Source of the DNA: the human T2T-CHM13v2.0 reference genome, Homo sapiens | Direction: 5' to 3' (one strand) | Assembly: GCF_009914755.1 (NCBI RefSeq) | Contig: NC_060929.1 | DNA: 64,000 nucleotides | Shown: piece by piece, positions 58,989 to 64,000 of the stretch | How the letters are laid out: each line of letters starts with the position of its first letter | Position numbering within the stretch: position 1 is the stretch's first letter | The notes under the pieces: generated by a model | What the model was told of the DNA's origin: nothing | The model's database searches: none | What the model saw: only the letters and a program-made list of their open reading frames with translations | Program-made: the position numbers and the translations under genes

Positions 58989-60398
58989 GGTCAGCAAAGC
59001 CTGAGTCCTGTCCTCTCGCTCTCCTCCCTGGACAGCATGAGCTTCACCACTTGCTCCACCTTCTCCACCAACTACTGGTTCCTGGGCTCTGTCCAGCCAC
59101 CCAGCTATGGTGCCTGACTGGTCAGCAGTGCAGCCAGCGTCTATGCAGGCGCCAGGGGCTCTGGTTCGCGGATCTCCGTGTCCTGTTCCACCAGCTTCCG
59201 CGGCGGCTTGGGGTCCAGGGGCCTGGCCAAGTGGATGGCCCAGGGTCTGGCAGGAATGGGAGGCATCCAGAACAAGGAGACCCTCCAAAGCCTGAACAAC
59301 CACCTGGCCTCCTACCTGGACAGAGTGAGGAGCCTAGAGACCAAGAACCAGAGACTGGAGAGCAACACCCGGGAGCACCTGGAGAAGAAGGGACCCCAGG
59401 TCAGAGACTGGGGCCATTACTTCAAGACCATCGAGGATCTGAGGGCTCAGATCTTTGCAAATACTGTGGACAATGCCTGCATTGTTCTGCAGATTGACAA
59501 TGCCTACCTTGCTGCTGATGGCTTTAGAGTCAAGTGTGAGACAGAGCTGGCCATGTGCCAGTCTGTAGAGAACGACATCCGTGGGCTCTGCAAGGTCATT
59601 GATGACACCAGTGTCACTTGGCTGTAGCTAGAGACAGACATCGAGGCTCTCAGGGAGGAGCTGCTCTTAATGAAGGAGAACCACGAAGAGGAAGTAAAAG
59701 GCCTACAAGCCCAGCTCACCAGCTCTGGGTTGACCGTGAAGGTAGATGCTCCCAAATCTCAGGACCTCGCCAAGATCATGGCAGACATACAGGCCCAATA
59801 CGACGAGCTAGCTCAGAAGAACCAAGAGGAGCTAGACAAGTACTGGTCTCAGCAGATTGAGGAGAGCACCACAGTGGTCACCACTCAGTCCGCGCAGGTC
59901 GGAGCTGCTGAGATGACACTCACGGAGCTGAGACATACGGTCCAGTCCTTGGAGATCCATCTGGACTTGATAAGAAATCTGAAGGCCAGCTTCTGGAGAA
60001 CAGCCTGAGGGAGGTGGAGACCTGCTATGCCCTGCAGGTAGAGCAGCTCAACAGAATCCTGCTGCACCTGGAGTCAGAGCTGGCACAGACCCAGGCAGAG
60101 GGGCAGCACCAGGCCCAGGAGTACGAGACCATGCTGAACATCAAGGTCAAGCTGGAGGCTGAGAGCGCCACCTGCCACCGCCTGCTTGAAGATGGCAAGA
60201 ACTTCAGTCTTGATGATGCCCTGGACAGCAGCAACTCCATGCAAACTATCCAAAAGACCACCACCCGCTGGATAGTGGATGGCAGAGTGGTGTCTGAGAC
60301 CAGTGACACCAAAGTTCTGAGACATTAAGTCAGCAGAAGCAGGGTACCCTTTGGGGAGCAGGAGGCCCATAAAATGTTCAGAGGTCATTGGGGGAAAA
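58989..60398 (+). pseudogene. KRT18P31: Processed keratin 18 pseudogene (CDS remnant 59037-60328)
   Basis: Intronless KRT18 homology from MSFTT to DTKVLRH*, with both UTRs. Premature stops TGA 59115-59117 and TAG 59625-59627; a 2-nt insertion frameshift at ~59992. TSD AAAAAATGCTATTCAG (58973-58988) / AAAATAGGCTATTCAG (60395-60410). KRT18 identity is secure; the pseudogene number is from memory. Confidence 0.93.
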
Positions 60399-60434
60399 TA
60401 GGCTATTCAGTTAAAATAGTTATCTGATGACTGA

Positions 60435-60775
60435 AATTTTTTTAATATGTCAGGTGTATTGAGGTATAATTTATACAGTAAAACTCAGTCTTTTGGGTGT
60501 GCAGTTTGATGAGTTTTGACAAACATACACAGTCTTAAAACCACCACCACAATCAGAATATTTCCATTACCCCCAAAAGTTCCCATGTATCCCTTTGTAA
60601 TCAGTTTCCTGCTCCTACTGCAGCCCGAGGCAACTAGATCTGGTTTCTGTCTCTATAGTTTTTCCTTTTCTAGAACATAAAAATGGAATCATATATAGCC
60701 TTTTATGTCTTTTTTTTAAATTTAGCAGAAAGCTTCTGAGATTCATTCATGTTCTATGTATCAGTAGTTTGTCAA
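60435..60775 (-). mobile_element. L1MB/L1MC 3' end
   Basis: TATTGAGGTATAATTTATACAGTAAAA...GATGAGTTTTGACAAAC...TTCTGAGATTCATTCATGTT. Confidence 0.75.
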
Positions 60776-61309
60776 TGACTGAAGTTTAAAATTGTTAACT
60801 TTGGTGAAGCTCTTACGAAAGAGTATTATCAAAAAATAGTACTTTGAACAGTGGTAGATATTTCTCTCAGATTTTGGCAGCTGCCTTATTATTGAACATT
60901 TTACTTGCTCATTTTTACCCCTCGACCCCCAAATTTTACTTACCTGTTTAACCCTCAACCCCCAAATCTAGTCTAATAGACATTATTATATGGCATTTAT
61001 TTATATTAGTAAATGCTGTTTAATTCTCTACCAAGCATGTGAAATAGACCTACTCTCTTTTTCATAATTAAAATAGGTAGCATCTTGCATTTTGAACATA
61101 CAGCACATAGAAACTAGAATAAAAAATGAAGGATGGTGCAGTAACACCAAAAACTTGAGTTTACATTTGCTTTAGGTTTAGTGTTTGTAAGTTGGTGCTA
61201 AAAAAAGAGCATAGATTATAGTGAATAACAGTCACAGCCTCTCTTCCAATGATTAAAGTTAGAAAAGCAGTGCCCTTTACTGAAAATTGGGGGCAGATAA
61301 TGAGAAAAG

Positions 61310-61900
61310 AGTAATTTTCTGGACATTTTATTCGACCACCTCTCCCCCGACCCTTTCCTTTTTGAAACAGCTTCATCTCTGGGATATTCTCTTGTTGTTT
61401 GCTTATGTCTTTGACCTCCCATTTTTTAAGTCTTTTGCTAGGTCTTGCTCCTCTACCTACCCCTTTAAATATTTGTATTCTCCAGGAGGTGCTTCAAACT
61501 TATTTCTGTTCTTCCTGTTGATCTCATTTATTCACATGACTTGTTACATGCTACCTGTGTGCTGATGACTCACAAATCTATCTCCAGAATATATTTCTCT
61601 TCTGAGCCAGATCCAGCTGTCTATCAGGTACCTCCTGATGTCCCATGAATAACAGAAATTCCATAGTATGTAAGTCTGAACTCATCCCTTAATTCTTCCT
61701 TACTCTGACCTGTCACCCAAAGAAAGAAAACTATTAAAAAATACATGAAGTAGGTTAATGTTTTCACTATCAACTCATTTACCTAAACTAGAAATTTGGG
61801 ATAATCCTTGACACTTCTTTACCATACTTCCAGTTCAGTTATTCACCCAGTTCTGACATTTGTAACACTTCCCTGAATTATCACTTGAATCTACCCCTTC
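61310..61900 (+). mobile_element. L2 fragment
   Basis: GCTGATGACTCACAAATCTATCTCCAG (L2 RT YADD region), CTGAACTCAT and CCTAAACTAGAAATTTGGG. Confidence 0.65.
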
Positions 61901-64000
61901 CCCAATGTTTTGATTCTGTGAGAGGTCCTGAACATACAGTTTTCTCAGATTTAATAACTTCTAGTATTTTAAGAAAGATTTAGCAGTAATTGTGAAAGTA
62001 ATATGTATTTAGTATTGGATACTTTTTGCTTCTATGCTTGGGCTCTGGTATTTAAAATTAAGGTGTAATCTTTAGTAACAGTGATACTATATAGCCTAAA
62101 TGTGACTGTGTTCTGTTATATCTAAAATTTAGGACTTTTGACTTACAGCCCAGTTTATCAGCTGGAAGACTTGAACTCATTTTTTAACTCATTTTTTATC
62201 TTTTCATTCTTGCTTTTAGAATACTGCATTTCATGGAGTTGTATATTCATTTCAATACTTTGTGTTTATGTGTTTTGGAGCAGGGTAGAGGAGAAAATGG
62301 GAATGTATAAGGAAAGTTAAAGGAAGGACTTTTGAATTGACTTTCCTATACTGTGGAAACAAGTTTACTTAAATAACATTTTCACTTTTATTGCAAACAA
62401 CAGAAAACTAAAGAAATGCTGTGGGATATGATACCATTCAGGTGCTAAGCATGCACATATTTTTAATGACAGGAGTTAGATGTGTTGTAACAGTATTGCT
62501 TGTTTGTGAGTTTGGAAATTAATGTTCATGGTTTTGTATAACTTTATGATATTTCTTCCTTAAAATAAGAAATTACCCCTCCAGCCCACAGTTTGAGCCA
62601 AAGGGTCTGCTTGAAATTATTAGTTTAAATAATCCTGAGCGCATCTTTTGTAAAGGGCATTTTAAAATGTAATGCTGCCTTGAAAAACAAAGCAAGCATT
62701 TTCTTCGTTATATCTAGAGTTTATAACTAAAGAAGTAATATGTGCTATATTTTGCTCTAGTGCCAAGTACCATATTTTGGAATGAATAGAATCAATCTAA
62801 AGGCAGTTTACAAAGGCTGAAGGGAGACCCAGTTTGGTAGTCATTGGATCCCTTTGGTGGCTTGCACATAGTAAGCACTCAACAAACAATTGTTGAATAA
62901 ATGAATTTGAATATATTTTCAGTTTGGGGACATAGGACTAATTAGAGTGACAGAAGATGGGTGGGGCTTGCTAAATACTGAGCAAGTTTTATAGAGGAAA
63001 GAAAACATGAAACCCAGAAATGGTGGACAACATTGACAGCAAAGAATTGGTGTAATTTAGTTAACTATTTTTATCTGGACAATAAGGTTTGTTTAGTTGG
63101 ATAAGAGAAAGATCTATATACAGAAGTGTTTTGAGTTCTTTCTACTCTTATTTCCACTCTGGCTCTACTTCTGAACCCCCATGTTCACTGCTAAAGAACT
63201 AATTGTAGGCTTGGGGCTAAAATGATCTGCATAATCCAGATACTCATATTAAGAACTGGGAGGAGGTGTTGGGAAAGAGGTATTTCTTACAGTTCTTCAA
63301 TCTTTCCAATTACTCATGTTTCTTAGTATATGTCAGGGTGCCACTGCACTGTCCTCCGTATTCATATGAGGATGTCTAAAAACTAGAATTTAAAATCACA
63401 TATAATTTACAATAAGCTTGTAACTGTCCTAGTATGAAGTTCAGTATCTGAATCTCTAATAATTAGTTACCTAGCTGTTGAGCCACATTGCCATCTACTC
63501 TGATTATCATATGTTTCTTATGATTCTGATATTTTAAACTGGAAGATAAACACCACAGTTTTAGTGTGTTTTATAAAAATTTTATAATTCAGTAACAATC
63601 CATTCCTTTATTTTCTTGGAAGCCAAAACTACATATAGTTTCCTGATATGTTAAGCTTAAACTGTGGAATTTAGAACTTAAAAATTTTCAAGAGCTTCAA
63701 AGTTGAAGACTTTTCTTAATTTTTTTTCAATTGTAGAACCAATGTGAAAAAAAAAACTACATGCTGTTTGGGAAATGGGAAAAATATCAAATTTTATGTT
63801 TTTCCTACTAAGTTTCCTATTAAATTTTTACATAAAAATATTTATGATGAATGTAATTATGGTTAAATACATATATTAATGCTATAAATTTATTCCTCTT
63901 TTAACGTTGGATCATAAAGATTTTCCTAGTTTTCTATATAATGTTCATAATTCTTTAAAATGTTGCCCAGTATTTTGTCAGTGGATGAACCATAATTTAT

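Larger units (their letters stand above)
51009..64000 (+). other. NIPBL: NIPBL intron 1 (continues beyond the window)
   Basis: Starts with GTAAAT; no NIPBL coding exon recognisable downstream. Confidence 0.85.

Noticed and set aside
58962-60388. Antisense and alternative-frame ORFs over the keratin sequence
   Set aside because: Shadows of the KRT18 pseudogene; the true frame is disrupted at codon 27.

Overview
Human/primate genomic DNA with no intact protein-coding sequence. I recognise it, from memory, as the region upstream of and including the 5' end of NIPBL (cohesin loader, 5p13.2). Positions 1-49 kb are repeat-rich intergenic DNA: about 20 Alu/Alu-monomer copies, a 5'-truncated L1PA, old L1M/L2/MIR, MaLR and ERV1 LTRs, and hAT DNA-transposon fossils. 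A CpG island at ~49.1-51.5 kb holds a bidirectional promoter: non-coding NIPBL exon 1 on + (donor after 51008, three uORFs) and the divergent lncRNA NIPBL-DT on -. The rest is NIPBL intron 1, which contains a processed KRT18 pseudogene. The most notable unexplained structures read directly from the sequence are an L1 with a ~160-bp 3' transduction, an LTR8 fragment apparently polyadenylated and inserted by L1 machinery, a near-perfect 150-bp inverted templated duplication, a diverged ~330-bp direct duplication in a CpG-retaining patch, and a possible second promoter in intron 1. I found no convincing new biological system. Repeat subfamily names and most repeat boundaries are by eye and approximate.
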